From an uncultured Chloroflexia bacterium (lineage in GTDB: Bacteria; Chloroflexota; Anaerolineae; CG2-30-64-16): DNA of 64,000 nucleotides. Made by a program: the position numbers and the translations under genes. Below are positions 1 through 10,491 of this stretch, piece after piece; the stretch's first letter is position 1, and each line of letters starts with the position of its first letter. Below the pieces are notes generated by a model. The model saw nothing but the letters and a program-made list of their open reading frames with translations. It was not told where the DNA came from and ran no database searches. Location: positions 256,001-320,000 of the forward strand of contig CAVZDU010000008.1 of assembly GCA_963774265.1 (NCBI GenBank). Direction: 5' to 3'.

Positions 1-2
1 CG

Positions 3-107
3 GTGTTGGGGTATCTCTGCGTCATCCTGGTGATCAGCGCTCTGTTCGAGATAGGGCAGAGCTTGATCTTCAGCCTATTCCTGACGAAGTACTTCTATCC
101 GCCATAA
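3..107 (+). CDS. C-terminal fragment of ABC transporter permease (runs off window edge)
   Basis: Hydrophobic frame VLGYLCVILVISALFEIGQSLIFSLFLTKYFYPP*; its TAA overlaps the ATG of the ABC ATPase (TAATG at 105-109). Confidence 0.6.
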   Translation: MLGYLCVILVISALFEIGQSLIFSLFLTKYFYPP

Positions 108-853
108 TGCTAGACGACATGCTGACCGTTGAACACCTGACCAAGCAGTTCGAGACCGCCCACCGGGAATCGTCCCGTACGGAGGTGCCGCTTGGTAACC
201 ATCCCGTTGGGACAGGAGCAATGACCGAACCATCGGTCATCGAGGACCTGTCGTTCGTGATCCCGCGTGGCGGGCGAGTGACATTGTTCGCGCCGACCGG
301 TGCGGGCAAAACGACGCTCATCGATATTCTGACCGGGCTGGATCGAACGTATGAGGGAACATTCCGGCTGGCGGCGCTGAACCCGGCGACCATTTTCCAG
401 GAACCGCGATTGTTTCCCCATATGACGGTCGAGGAGAATGTTTTCTTGCCGGCGCAAATCCGGCGCATTCCTCTGACAACGGCCTTACGCGGGAAGTATG
501 AACGCTGGTTGGAAGTGTGTGACCTGGGAGCTTATACACAGTACTTTCCGTATCAGCTCTCCGGCGGCATGAAACAGAAGGTGGCGCTCATCCGCGGCTT
601 TGTGACCGAGCCCGGACTTTGTGATGATGGATGAACCGTTCATTCCACTGATTTTCGATCAAAGCGGACGATAATCAGTCACATTCTGGAAAGTGCATCC
701 GAAGATCAGCTGTTGTTCGTTACTCACGCGGTGGAGGAAGTTCCTCTGCTCACCCAGTCGGTCCTGCTGTTCAAAACAAACCGACTGGCGGACTACACCA
801 CGCACGATGCGTCTCGTTTGGACACCAGTTCTCTGGAGGCAATCTATGGCTAG
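107..853 (+). CDS. ABC transporter ATP-binding protein, NitT/TauT-like (frameshift near 610-650)
   Basis: Walker A-like APTGAGKTT, Q-loop IFQEPRLFP, signature LSGGMKQK. Walker B VMMDEPF and H-loop LFVTH follow in shifted frame(s) to TAG at 851-853. Confidence 0.85.
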
Positions 854-879
854 AGTCAACTCCAAAGCCGCAAGAGCGG

Positions 880-1402
880 GTGCTGCCACCCGAACAGTAT
901 GCCCAACTCGACGCGTACATCGACGACTTGCACATCGACCATGAGGACGAGCGCCGCAAGGAAGCGCTGATCCAGGTCTCGCACAAGGCACAACACCTCT
1001 TCGGCTTCCTGCCCGAAGAAGTCCAGCTCCACATCGCCGACCGCTTTGCCGTCACGCCACGCCGAGGTCTCCGGGGTCATCAGCTTCTACAACTTCTTCA
1101 CCACGACCCCGAAGGGCAAGTATCAGATCAACGTCTGCCTGGGTACCGCCTGTTACGTCAACGGCTCCGACAAGGTGCTTCAGGAGTTCGAGCACATCCT
1201 CGGCATCAAGACCGGCCAGGTGACCGCCGATGGCAAGTTCTCCATCGAGAGCCTGCGCTGCGTCGGTGCGTGCGGCCTGGCGCCCGTCGTCACGATCAAC
1301 GACAAAGTCTACGGCAAGGTCCAGGCCGGGCAAGGTCGCAGGAGCTCCTGGAACACTACCTGGTCGAAGTCGTCGGGGAGGAGGTTGCCGGCCTATGCTT
1401 AG
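880..1402 (+). CDS. hydC: HydC/NuoE-like [2Fe-2S] subunit of multimeric [FeFe]-hydrogenase (frameshifted; start uncertain)
   Basis: ORFs 880 and 1046 join: LIQVSHKAQHLFGFLPEEV, GVISFYNFF, VCLGTACYV, SLRCVGACGLAPV. Confidence 0.85.
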
Positions 1403-3302
1403 ACGTAGACTCACCACCTACCGAGATCACTCGTATCAGGAACTCCTCGGCGAGCACAGCGCCTCAAGCCGCTGCTCGACAGCCGGATCAACCTCGGCGG
1501 CGCCAGAGGCGGCAACGGCGTCTAATCCTTGTCTGCGGCGGCACAGGCTGCCACGCCTCGGAGAGCGAGCAGATTGTCGACGAACTTCCAGGCACTGATC
1601 GCCAGGCAGCGATTGGGCGGACGTCGTGCAAGGCCTCCATCTACGGGCTGCTTCGGCTTCTGCGACAAAGGTCCCATCGTCAAGGTCTTCCCCGACGACG
1701 TCTTCTACGTCCAGGTGAAGCCCGAGGATGTCGCCGAGATCTTCGACACGCACATCCTCGGCAACCAGAAGGTGCAGCGCCTGTTGTACGAGGAGCCGGG
1801 CCTCAAGCAGAAGGTCGAAACGCAGCACGCGATGTCCTTCTACCGGAAGCAGATGCGCATCGCCCTGCGCAACTGCGGCCTGATCAACCCGGAAGACATC
1901 GACGAGTACCTCGCCGCTGGCGGCTACCAGGCCCTCGGCAAGGTGCTCACCGAGATGACGCCCGAGCAGGTCATCGACGTGATGAAGCGCTCCGGCCTGC
2001 GCGGCCGCGGCGGCGCCGGCTTCCCGACCGGCAAGAAGTGGGAATTCGGCCGCGAGCTACCGACCGGCGACGAGAAGTTCGTCATCTGCAACGCCGACGA
2101 GGGCGACCCCGGGCGCGTTCATGGATCGCTCCATCATGGAAGGCGATTCGCACAGCGTGATCGAGGGCATGGCCATCGCCGGCTACGCCATCGGCGCCCA
2201 CCAGGGCTACGTCTACATCCGGGCCGAGTACCCGCTGGCCGTCAAGCGGCTGCGAAATCGCCATCGGCCAGGCGCGCGACTACGGCCTGCTGGGCAAGAA
2301 CATCCTGGGCATCGGGCTTCGACTTCGACATCGCGATCAAGCTGGGCGCGGGCGCCTTCGTCTGCGGCGAAGAGACGGCGCTGATCCACTCCATCGAGGG
2401 CGAGCGCGGCGAGCCGCGCACCAAGCCGCCCTTCCCGGCGCAGAGCGGCCTGTGGGGCAAGCCCACCATCGTCAACAACGTGGAGACGCTGGCCAACGTG
2501 CCCGCGATCATCGACCGACGGGGCGGACTGGTACTCGCGCCATCGGCACGACGACGTCCAAGGGCACCAAGGTGTTCGCGCTGGCCGGCCAGATCAACAA
2601 CGTCGGCCTGGTCGAAGTGCCCATGGGCACCACCCTGCGCGAGATCATCTTCGACATCGGCGGCGGGATCAAGGACGGCCAGGAGTTCAAGGCCGCCCAG
2701 ACCGGCGGTCCGTCGGGCGGCTGCATCCCCAAGCAGTTCCTGGACACGCCCATCGACTACGAGTCGCTGCCGCAGATCGGCTCGATGATGGGCTCCGGCG
2801 GCATGATCGTGATGAGCGAGAAGGACTGCATGGTGAACATCGCCAAGTTCTACCTCGAGTTCACCGTGGACGAGTCGTGCGGCCGCTGCCTGCCCTGCCG
2901 GATTGGCACCAAGCGCCTGCACGAGATCCTGACCCGCATCACCGAGGGCAAGGGCACCGAGGCCGACCTGGTCGAGCTGCGCGAGCTCTCCAAGGTCATC
3001 ATCGACACGTCCCTGTGCGGCCTGGGCCAGACCGCGCCCAACCCGGTCCTCAGCACCATGAAGTACTTCTGGGACGAATACGAGGCCCACGTCATGGACA
3101 AGCGCTGCCCGGCCGGCGTCTGCCAGAAGCTGCTGTGCTACGAGATCCTGCCCGACAAATGCATCGGCTGCACGGCCTGCGCCGCGGCTGCCCGGTGCAG
3201 CTGCATCTCGGGCAAGGCCAAGCAGACCGCACCTCATCGACCAGACGCAGGTGCATCAAGTGCGGCGCGTGCATGACGAAGTGCAAGTTCAAGGCGATCT
3301 AG
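1395..3302 (+). CDS. hydB: HydB/NuoF-like NADH/FMN-binding subunit with N-terminal thioredoxin-like [2Fe-2S] and C-terminal 2x[4Fe-4S] domains (several frameshifts)
   Basis: [88 protein letters not shown] spread over ORFs 880/1529/2121/2452/2877; GGAGG upstream of ATG 1395. Confidence 0.9.
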
Positions 3303-3327
3303 CGAGGCACTGAGAGGAGAGCTGACC

Positions 3328-5060
3328 ATGGTGAACCTGATCATTGACAATAAACCCGTCAGCGTCGAAGACGGCGCCACGATCCTGGAAGCCGCCCGCA
3401 AGATCAACATCCGCATCCCCACGCTCTGCTATCTGGACCTGGGCGAGCTGAAGATGGTCAACAAGGTGGCCTCGTGCCGGATGTGCGTGGTCGAGGTCGA
3501 AGGGCGGCGCAACCTGGCTCCTTCCTGCGCCACGCCCGTCGCCGAGGGGATGAAGGTGACGACCAACTCGCAAGCGGGTGCTGTTCGCGCGGCGCCGGCT
3601 GCTGGAGCTGATCCTGTCCAACCATCCGTTCGACTGCCTGATCTGTGCCAAGTCCACCGACTGCGAACTGCAGGCGCTGGCCTGGGAGTTCGGCATCAAC
3701 ACCAAGCGCTATCACGGCGAGAAGTCTCCATTCCCCATCGACAAGACGCAGCCGGCGCGCTCAAGCGCGACCCGGAAAAGTGCATCATGTGCCGGCGCTG
3801 CGAGACCATGTGCAACGAGGTGCAGACCGTCGGCGCGCTGACCGCCTTCGGCCGCGGGTTCAACGTCGTCGTCGGGCCGGCCGAAATGAAACCCATGGTC
3901 GAGTCCAACTGCGTCTACTGCGGGCAGTGCGTGAGCGTCTGTCCGACAGCCGCGCTGACCGGCGCACGGCTACATCCAGGAGACCTGGAACGGCGCTGTT
4001 CGATCCGACGCAAGACGGTGGTCGTCCAGGTGGCGCCGGCCATCCGCGCCGCGATTGGCGAGGAGTTCGGACATGCCCCCCGGATGCAGCGGTAACAGGC
4101 AAGCTGGTCGGCCGGCCTGCGCCGGCTCGGATTCGACGCCGTGTTCGACACCACCTTCGGCGCGGACCTGACGATCATGGAAGAGGCGCAGGAGATCATC
4201 GACCGGGTCACGAAGAACGAAAACCTGCCGATCCTGACCTCCTGCTGCCCGGCCTGGATCAACTTCATCGAGTACCAGTTCCCGAACCTGAAGTACATGC
4301 CGTCGTCGTGCAAGTCGCCGCAACAGATGACGGGCACGATCGCCAAGACCTACTACGCACAGAAGATCGGCGTGAAAGCCGGAAGACATGGTGATGGTGT
4401 CGGTCATGCCCTGCATCGCCAAGAAGTACGAATCCAGGCCGGTCCGAGCACCAGACCGAGCGGCGTCCGCGATGTGGATTTCGTCATCACCACCCGCGAG
4501 CTGGCCAAGATGTTCAAGGAAGGCGGCATCGACCTGCGCTACATGGAGGACGAGGAGTTCGACAACCCGCTGGGCGAGTCCACGGGCGCGGGCGTCATCT
4601 TCGGCGTGACCGGCGGCGTGCTCGAGGCCGCGCTGCGCACCGTCTACGAAGAGGTTACCGGCAAGGAGCTGAGCGATGTCAACTTCACGGCCGTGCGCGG
4701 GCTCAAGGACGTGCGTGAGGCGACCATCGACCTGGGCGGAAAACAGATGCAGCGTCGCGGCCGGCGTCCGGCCTGGGCAACGCCCGCACGATCCTGAGAA
4801 CGTCGAGAAGGGCACCTCGAAGTACGACGTCATCGAGATCATGGCCTGTCCGGGCGGCTGCATCAACGGCGGCGGGCAGCCCTACACCCACGAGCCGGCT
4901 GGAGCTGATCGAGCAGCGCATCCAGGCCATCTACCAGATCGACGAAGCATCGCACATCCGCAAGTCGCACGAGAATCCGTCGATCATCAAGCTCTACGAG
5001 GAATTCCTCGGCGAGCCCGGCGGCCACAAGGCGCACGAGCTTCTCCACACGGAGTATTAG
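3328..5060 (+). CDS. hydA: [FeFe]-hydrogenase catalytic subunit, group A (several frameshifts)
   Basis: H-cluster motifs TSCCPAW, MPCIAKKYE, EIMACPGGCINGGGQP; N-terminal 2Fe-2S, HPFDCLIC, CIMCRRCETMC and CVYCGQCVSVCP; ends HKAHELLHTEY* at 5060. Confidence 0.93.
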
Positions 5061-5161
5061 GCCCCTCTGGCGCCCCAAGGTGCCCGGCACTTCAACGATC
5101 CCAAGGATCGCAAGTGCCGGGCGCCTGAAAACCACTGACGCGCAGTGCCGCCCCCACTTCG

Positions 5162-6702
5162 CTTGCGGTACCCCACTTTCTAGCTTGGTAGGGGCCACCA
5201 GTGTTTGAGGCGGTAGCGACGCTGCCATGGGCGCCAGAGCGGGGTTGTGGTCCAGAGATAGACGCCGAGCCAGTGGACGGCGCGGCGGACGAGTGTCGAC
5301 CAGGCGGGGGCGCGCAGGATTTCGAGGCCGAGGCGCACATAGCTGAGCCAGCCGCGTGCGGCAAAGCGGCGCATCCAGTGGGGGAGGTGGGGTTGTGGGC
5401 CGCGATGGGGGATGACTGGGGGCGGCTGGGCGGGGCCATGGGCCAGCAAGTCGGCATCCGGTGTATCCGGGGGTGCCGCTTCGAGGGCGGGGGCGATCGC
5501 GTGCGGTTGCGCCAAGTCATGATGGGCCTGGAGGCCCGTGAGTGCGGCGAGCCAGTGCAGGCACAGGTTGGCCAGGAGCAAGCGGTGCACGTGTAAGGGT
5601 GACTTAAGGCGGTGTTCATCGCCGCTTTCGCGGAGCATGACGCCGGATTTGTCGTCGCGGTTACCGGCTTCAATGCGCATACGCCAGCGATAACAGGTTT
5701 CGGTGGCGGGTTCAGACGGTAGATTGGTAGCCAGATACCAGGGTTCCTTGTGACCGACTTCCCAGAGCGCCAGGACCGCCACGGGCACTGGGTCGTCTTT
5801 GCCGTACTGAGCCTGCGGCAGCCAGCGCCGTTGGCCGGGTTGCAGGGCCAACACGTCCTTGGCCGCGCCGGCCGTCCCGTCGGGCAGGTGCAGCCAGGTT
5901 TCGCCGTCGAACCGAATCACAAACTGGCGCTGGTGGGTCAGAAACCAGCGGAAAAGACTGGCACGGCGCAAACCCGCGATCCGCCACGATCACGATTTGC
6001 TGGCTGGGGGTGGTCAAGGCCCACAGGTAATGGAGCAGTTGTTCCTCGATGTGGTTTTGACTGGTCCAGTGGTGCACCTCGGCGCTCGCCGCTTGCAGCG
6101 GTTGGTGCTGCCGTCGTGCGGGCCGGATGCGGGTCGTATCGGGCGTGGGCCAGCGGGCGGCCGGGGGGAAACAGGCCCGGAGTTGGCGGCGATGATAGGT
6201 GGTGAACACGATGGGCAAGGCGCGGCCGCCACAGGGCACGCTGGCAATCAGGGCCGCAAAGGGCTCGAAATACGTCGTGTCGAGTAAGACGGGCAATAGT
6301 TGCGGGTCCGTCGGCACCGCGGTGCTAAAGTGGACGGCTAAGCGGTACCACCGATAGAAGATCTCGGGCTCATCCAGGCGTGGATTGCTCAGAAAGCGGT
6401 TCAGCCGTTTGAGCCGACCATGCAACGACTGGCGGCCCTGCGCACGCGGTCCGTCGGGCAGCGCACGCGCCACCTCGGTCGCACAGAAGCTCGGACGTTC
6501 CGTCAACGCACTCACGATCTGCGCCAGCATGCTCTGCTGCGGCTTGACCCACGTGGGTGTGAGATGCTGGACAAATGTCAACACATCAGCATATGTTAAG
6601 GTCATCGACAGCTCCGGATACTTGGGTTTGTGGAATAACACAAGATGCCCGAAGCTGTCGATCTATTCAACTAGCTGGCATTACAAAGTGGGGTACCGCA
6701 AG
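5162..6702 (-). mobile_element. Insertion sequence, IS4 family (IS10-like), 1541 bp
   Basis: Perfect 18-bp terminal IRs CTTGCGGTACCCCACTTT (5162-5179; reverse complement at 6685-6702); 9-bp direct repeat CCCACTTCG at 5153-5161 and 6703-6711. Confidence 0.92.
5180..6605 (-). CDS. IS4-family DDE transposase (one frameshift near 5970)
   Basis: VLLDTT, VIVADRGF, WYLATNL, YREK-like YRWRMRIEAGNRDDKS, C-terminal LSYVRLGLEILR resembling IS10; ORFs 5712-6641 and 5180-5971. Confidence 0.88.
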
Positions 6703-6714
6703 CCCACTTCGCCC

Positions 6715-6743
6715 TTGATCGTTACTCCATTTTGCTGTATGAT
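6715..6743 (+). promoter_or_regulatory. Putative sigma70 promoter of the TA operon
   Basis: TTGATC-N17-TATGAT, 12 bp right of the IS end; GGAGG precedes ATG 6764. Confidence 0.55.
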
Positions 6744-6763
6744 TGGGGTATATGGAGGACGAG

Positions 6764-7309
6764 ATGACGCGAAGCAGTGAAAGGACCAGCCGAGTGCGCG
6801 TCCAGGTCGATCTGACAAGAGCGGAAGCTGCACTCATCGATCTGTTGCAGCGGCGCCTCTCCGTACGTTCGCGCGCGGACCTCTTGCAGCAGGCATATGG
6901 CACGTTCCTCTGGGTGGTCGATGAGATGCTGGCGGACCGCCGCATTATCAGCATCGAGCCCGAGGCGCTGGAGGGCGTCGAGCGCTTCAAGGAGTTAAGC
7001 CTGCCGGCCGTGCAGCCCTTGATTTTCGAGCATTACCGTTACCTGGTGACACGCCCCACAACGGGTCAAAGTCAACCGTATTTGAAGGGTCGCAACATGA
7101 CGGTCGGCCAACTGGTTTTCACCATGCGTGCGAACAAAATGACGCCCGAAGAGGCCGCCGAAGATCTGAACCTGCCTGTGGAGCAGGTGCAGGAAGCTCA
7201 GGCGTACTATGAAATCCATCATGAAGTCATTGAAGCCGAAGCCGAGGAAGCAAAGCAGGTATTGAAGGCACAAGGAGTAGCGCTTGAGCCTCCGCCTATA
7301 CCTGGATGA
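6764..7309 (+). CDS. Antitoxin: RHH-like N-terminus plus DUF433 domain
   Basis: QPYLKGRNMTVGQLV...TPEEAAEDLNLPVEQVQEAQAYY is DUF433-like; overlaps the PIN toxin gene. Confidence 0.75.
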   Translation: MTRSSERTSRVRVQVDLTRAEAALIDLLQRRLSVRSRADLLQQAYGTFLWVVDEMLADRRIISIEPEALEGVERFKELSLPAVQPLIFEHYRYLVTRPTTGQSQPYLKGRNMTVGQLVFTMRANKMTPEEAAEDLNLPVEQVQEAQAYYEIHHEVIEAEAEEAKQVLKAQGVALEPPPIPG

Positions 7310-7649
7310 CTGCGCCTTCTCGCACCAACTCTTGCGCCTGTTGACTGATGCTGGCCACAACGTTCAAACGCCTGCCGATGTGCGGCCTTCCCTGGTGGGC
7401 GCGGAGGACGCGGCCCACTTCGCGCATGCGAAAGCCAACCGCCGCGCGATTCTGACGCTGAACCCACGTGACTTCAAGGAATTGCATGATCGCAGTCCTG
7501 ATCACTGTGGTGTGCTGGCGATCTATCAAGACAACGACCCCAGCAAGGACATGAGTTGGCGCGATGTTGTGCGTGCGATCGCCAACCTTGAATCCATGAT
7601 AACAAGCGTGGAAGGCCAGTTCATCATCCTGAACATATATCGGTGGTAG
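7284..7649 (+). CDS. PIN-like toxin, DUF5615/VapC45 type
   Basis: LRLYLDDC, AGHNV, EDAAHFAHA, RAILTLNPRDF. Confidence 0.85.
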   Translation: MSLRLYLDDCAFSHQLLRLLTDAGHNVQTPADVRPSLVGAEDAAHFAHAKANRRAILTLNPRDFKELHDRSPDHCGVLAIYQDNDPSKDMSWRDVVRAIANLESMITSVEGQFIILNIYRW

Positions 7650-8401
7650 GGTGGTTCTGCAGTGACTTGCGTTCGAACGACGTTGATCGAACCCTTCGAA
7701 CGGACACTGGACATTGCTCCCCTCTGATTTCAGTAGCATCCCCTCCATGCTGACCGCTCGCTGGGTTAGCTGGCGCACATAGATGCAACCCGTCTCCGCG
7801 GACAGGCGGTTGATGTCGGCCCCGTAACAGGCATACAGGAAAGCGCCCGGCGCCAGTTCTTGACGTATCCAGAGGCCCTTGTCTGCAGGTACGGTGCAAG
7901 CCGTCGAGCGCGCCGTCCCACGGCCGGCTGGCACCCACAGCCACGTCGTAGGCCATCACCGACCCCGATACACCGTCCTGCCACGCGCCCGTTCGGTCGT
8001 AGCCCGCGCCACGCCACATGCGGTACACAAACGTCTGCCCATCGGCCCACCCCAACGGCTCGTAGACCAGGGGCCTGACCTCGGCTCCGGCCTGGAGCCA
8101 TTTCACAACCCCTGCCAGCCTGCCCGGTTGGTCGACCTGCCGTAGCTCGGCACCCTCCGCAGCCCTCACCGTGTGCCCATACGGCCCGGCCACGAACGGC
8201 AGCGCGAGCACCCCTGCCGCCTCCGGCCAGGCACAGGTAGAAGGCAGGCCGCCGCCAGACCTGGGCGCGATGTCGCAGAATCAGGATGCCGGCTGCCGCG
8301 ATGGACGCGGCCAGGACCGCCGCCGAGATGATAACATAGCGCGGCGGATCGGCCAGCAGCATGACGGCCGCAGCAATCAGGATAATGGACGTGCGTTTCA
8401 T
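7624..8401 (-). CDS. Hypothetical membrane protein (frameshifted; 3' end uncertain)
   Basis: MKRTSIILIAAAVMLL... hydrophobic N-terminus in ORF 7766-8569, apparently continuing into ORF 7624-8211. Confidence 0.45.
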
Positions 8402-8405
8402 GCGC

Positions 8406-8699
8406 TCACTCCCGCCATGGGCGCAGACTCTTGCTTGCTGCGGCGCTGCACAACCCACAGGATCCCGGTGAGCAGCGCCAGGGCCAGGAACGCGCCACCG
8501 AAAGCCGCGTAGATGGAATGAGAAGATCGGCCATGTCGTACCATTTTCCCATGACCATGGGGCCCGCATCGCGCAAGCCGTTGATTACTTCCGCGCGGAT
8601 CGTGGCCAGGGCGATCACCGCGCCCGCAGCCAGGGTCCAGAGAAAAGCGCTGACGTGGAACGCCCGCGCCGTCCGGGTTTACGGAAGAGACTTACTCAT
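8406..8699 (-). CDS. Small two-TM hypothetical protein (frameshifted)
   Basis: GAGG SD before ATG 8699; AFLWTLAAGAVIALATI and IYAAFGGAFLALALLTGILWVV in successive frames. Confidence 0.45.
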
Positions 8700-8768
8700 T
8701 TGCATCCTCAGAGAACTAAGGAGCTGGCGATCAGCCAGCCAAGCGCTGCCAGCAGTCCCAAATCTGGG

Positions 8769-9002
8769 CTAGCGGACCATATTCACCAGCGCGTAAGCGA
8801 TACAGGCTGCGACAGCGATTGCACCTCCAGTGCGTGGAAAGCGCCACGCGACAAGCAGTCCCCCGCAGGCCAACAGCGTGGACGCTAGTCGGAGCCAACT
8901 TACGGTCCTCACCGGATCCTCCGGCACGATGGCTGTGAGCCATGTTGCGGTTGGCCAGAGCACCGTAAGAATCACGCTGCAGAAGCGCACAGCGCGTTGC
9001 AT
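8769..9002 (-). CDS. Small hydrophobic membrane protein
   Basis: MQRAVRFCSVILTVLW...LLACGGLLVAWRFPRTGGAIAVAACIAYAL; GAGGAG upstream. Confidence 0.55.
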   Translation of the reverse strand: MQRAVRFCSVILTVLWPTATWLTAIVPEDPVRTVSWLRLASTLLACGGLLVAWRFPRTGGAIAVAACIAYALVNMVR

Positions 9003-9033
9003 TGTCGACTTCTTTCTGCTCCTCAATCCCAAA

Positions 9034-9059
9034 AACGCCCATGTACGCCGATTCGTTCC
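9034..9059 (-). promoter_or_regulatory. Putative ECF-sigma promoter
   Basis: GGAACG-N16-CGTT upstream of the 9002 gene. Confidence 0.45.
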
Positions 9060-9090
9060 ACGTATGTGGCTTGTCTGGCGGGCCTCCGGT

Positions 9091-9836
9091 CTACCGCACC
9101 GACTCCGCCATGCGGATCAGGTCTTCCTGCGTCAACTGCGTGAATTGCGTCCAGGCAAACAACATGTAGGTGGCCTCGGCGCCCTCTGGCTGCCACAGCA
9201 GCGTGATGGCCGGCTCCGCCCCCCACTGGCCGTTTTCCCATCCGCCGCGCACGAGCGCCCCGGTCTGGCCGTTGATCGCGACCTCTTCCACGCTGCTTTC
9301 GCTGCCGACCAGCCACTCTCCCCAACTGCTTGCCGGATGGTCGACGTCAATGTACAGGTGAATGCTCTGAGGATGTGCCGGATCCAGCCACGTGAAGCTG
9401 ACCGTCTGGCGCTCGGTGCCAGACGTATGCAGCCAGATGCGCACCCGATCCTCTTGCAGCACAAAGCCATCCGGCGCCCACGCCGGCAAGTGCAGTTCGA
9501 ATGGCAGCGTCGCGCGCTTCGGCCAGGCTCACAACGCGCTCTCGGATGATGGTGGCGCCGCTGGAATCGGGCGGCGGGGCAGTAAAGTCGAAGGTGATGC
9601 CTCCGATCGTGCGGATCAGTTGCCCAACGGTCGCCCGCGCCCCCGGCGCGGCGAGCAGCACCGTCGCGACAATCAGGCACAGCGCGGCCAACCCGGCCGC
9701 AAAGCGCCTGGCGGGCGTGGACACCAACCGGGCATAACCGGCTGGCCGCCACTCCTGGGTGAGCCGCGCGCAGAGATCGTCGGCGAAGGGCGCGCCGCGG
9801 GGTGCGCCGGTACTGGATCAGGAATTCGTCGTTCAT
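9091..9836 (-). CDS. Putative single-pass anti-sigma factor with DUF4367-like extracellular domain (frameshifted)
   Basis: ATG overlaps the sigma stop (ATGA); TM AAGLAALCLIVATVLLAAP; LPAWAPDGF...VEEVAINGQTGALVRG...LTQEDLIRMAES. Confidence 0.7.
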
Positions 9837-10426
9837 GCTTGCTCCTCCCACGCAGCACGCAGCTTGCCAATGGTCCGGTGCAGTATCGTGCCCACGTTCG
9901 ATTCGCTGAGGCCGGTCACTGCGGCAATCGCCCGGTTCGTCATATCACCGCCGTACTTGAGCGCGATCAGCTCGCGTTCGCGGGGCGGCAGCTGCGCCAG
10001 CAGCACCCCCAGCCGCGCCAGGTCATCCTGTCGCTGCACCATTTCTGTCAGCGGATCTCCATCCGCGAAATGGGGATCCGCCGGATCGGAATCCGCCAGA
10101 TCGTAATCCGCCGGATCGGGCAGGTCGGCGAGGCTGACATCGTGCCGCGGCCGGCGCAGATGGTCCGTGGCCACGCGGCGGGCGATGCCGAACAGCCAGG
10201 CCTCGAAGGCGCCAAGGTCCCGGCGATAGCGCATGCGACCGCGCCATGCCTTCTCGAAAGTGGTTGCCGTCAGGTCTTCGGCGGTTTGGTCATCGCCCAG
10301 GCGATAGCGAAAGAAGTTATAGACGCGCGGCAACTGCTCCCGATAGACCGCCGACCAATCAACCGCTTCCTCGGCCCGGCTGGCCTGGCCAGTGAAGACG
10401 TCCCAGATGCTTGTCATGTCACTCAT
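9833..10426 (-). CDS. ECF RNA polymerase sigma-70 factor
   Basis: VYNFFRYRLGDDQTAEDLTATTFEKAW, AWLFGIAR, LPPRERELIALKY, IAAVTGLSESNVGTILHR. Confidence 0.93.
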   Translation of the reverse strand: MSDMTSIWDVFTGQASRAEEAVDWSAVYREQLPRVYNFFRYRLGDDQTAEDLTATTFEKAWRGRMRYRRDLGAFEAWLFGIARRVATDHLRRPRHDVSLADLPDPADYDLADSDPADPHFADGDPLTEMVQRQDDLARLGVLLAQLPPRERELIALKYGGDMTNRAIAAVTGLSESNVGTILHRTIGKLRAAWEEQA

Positions 10427-10427
10427 T

Positions 10428-10455
10428 AATACGCAGCCGCGGCCAAAGTATCACA
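10428..10455 (-). promoter_or_regulatory. Putative autoregulatory ECF promoter
   Basis: TGTGAT-N16-CGTATT directly before the sigma start codons. Confidence 0.45.
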
Positions 10456-10491
10456 AGGGCGATGGCTCAAGGCTGGCGCTCTGTTCTCAAC

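Noticed and set aside
880-2160. 426-aa ORF suggesting a HydC-HydB fusion
   Set aside because: Patchwork of in-frame and out-of-frame segments caused by indels; hydB has its own SD and ATG at 1395
7296-7934. 212-aa minus-strand ORF overlapping the toxin
   Set aside because: Mostly antisense to the PIN gene; its 5' part may be the frameshifted tail of the upstream membrane protein, but I cannot support a separate gene
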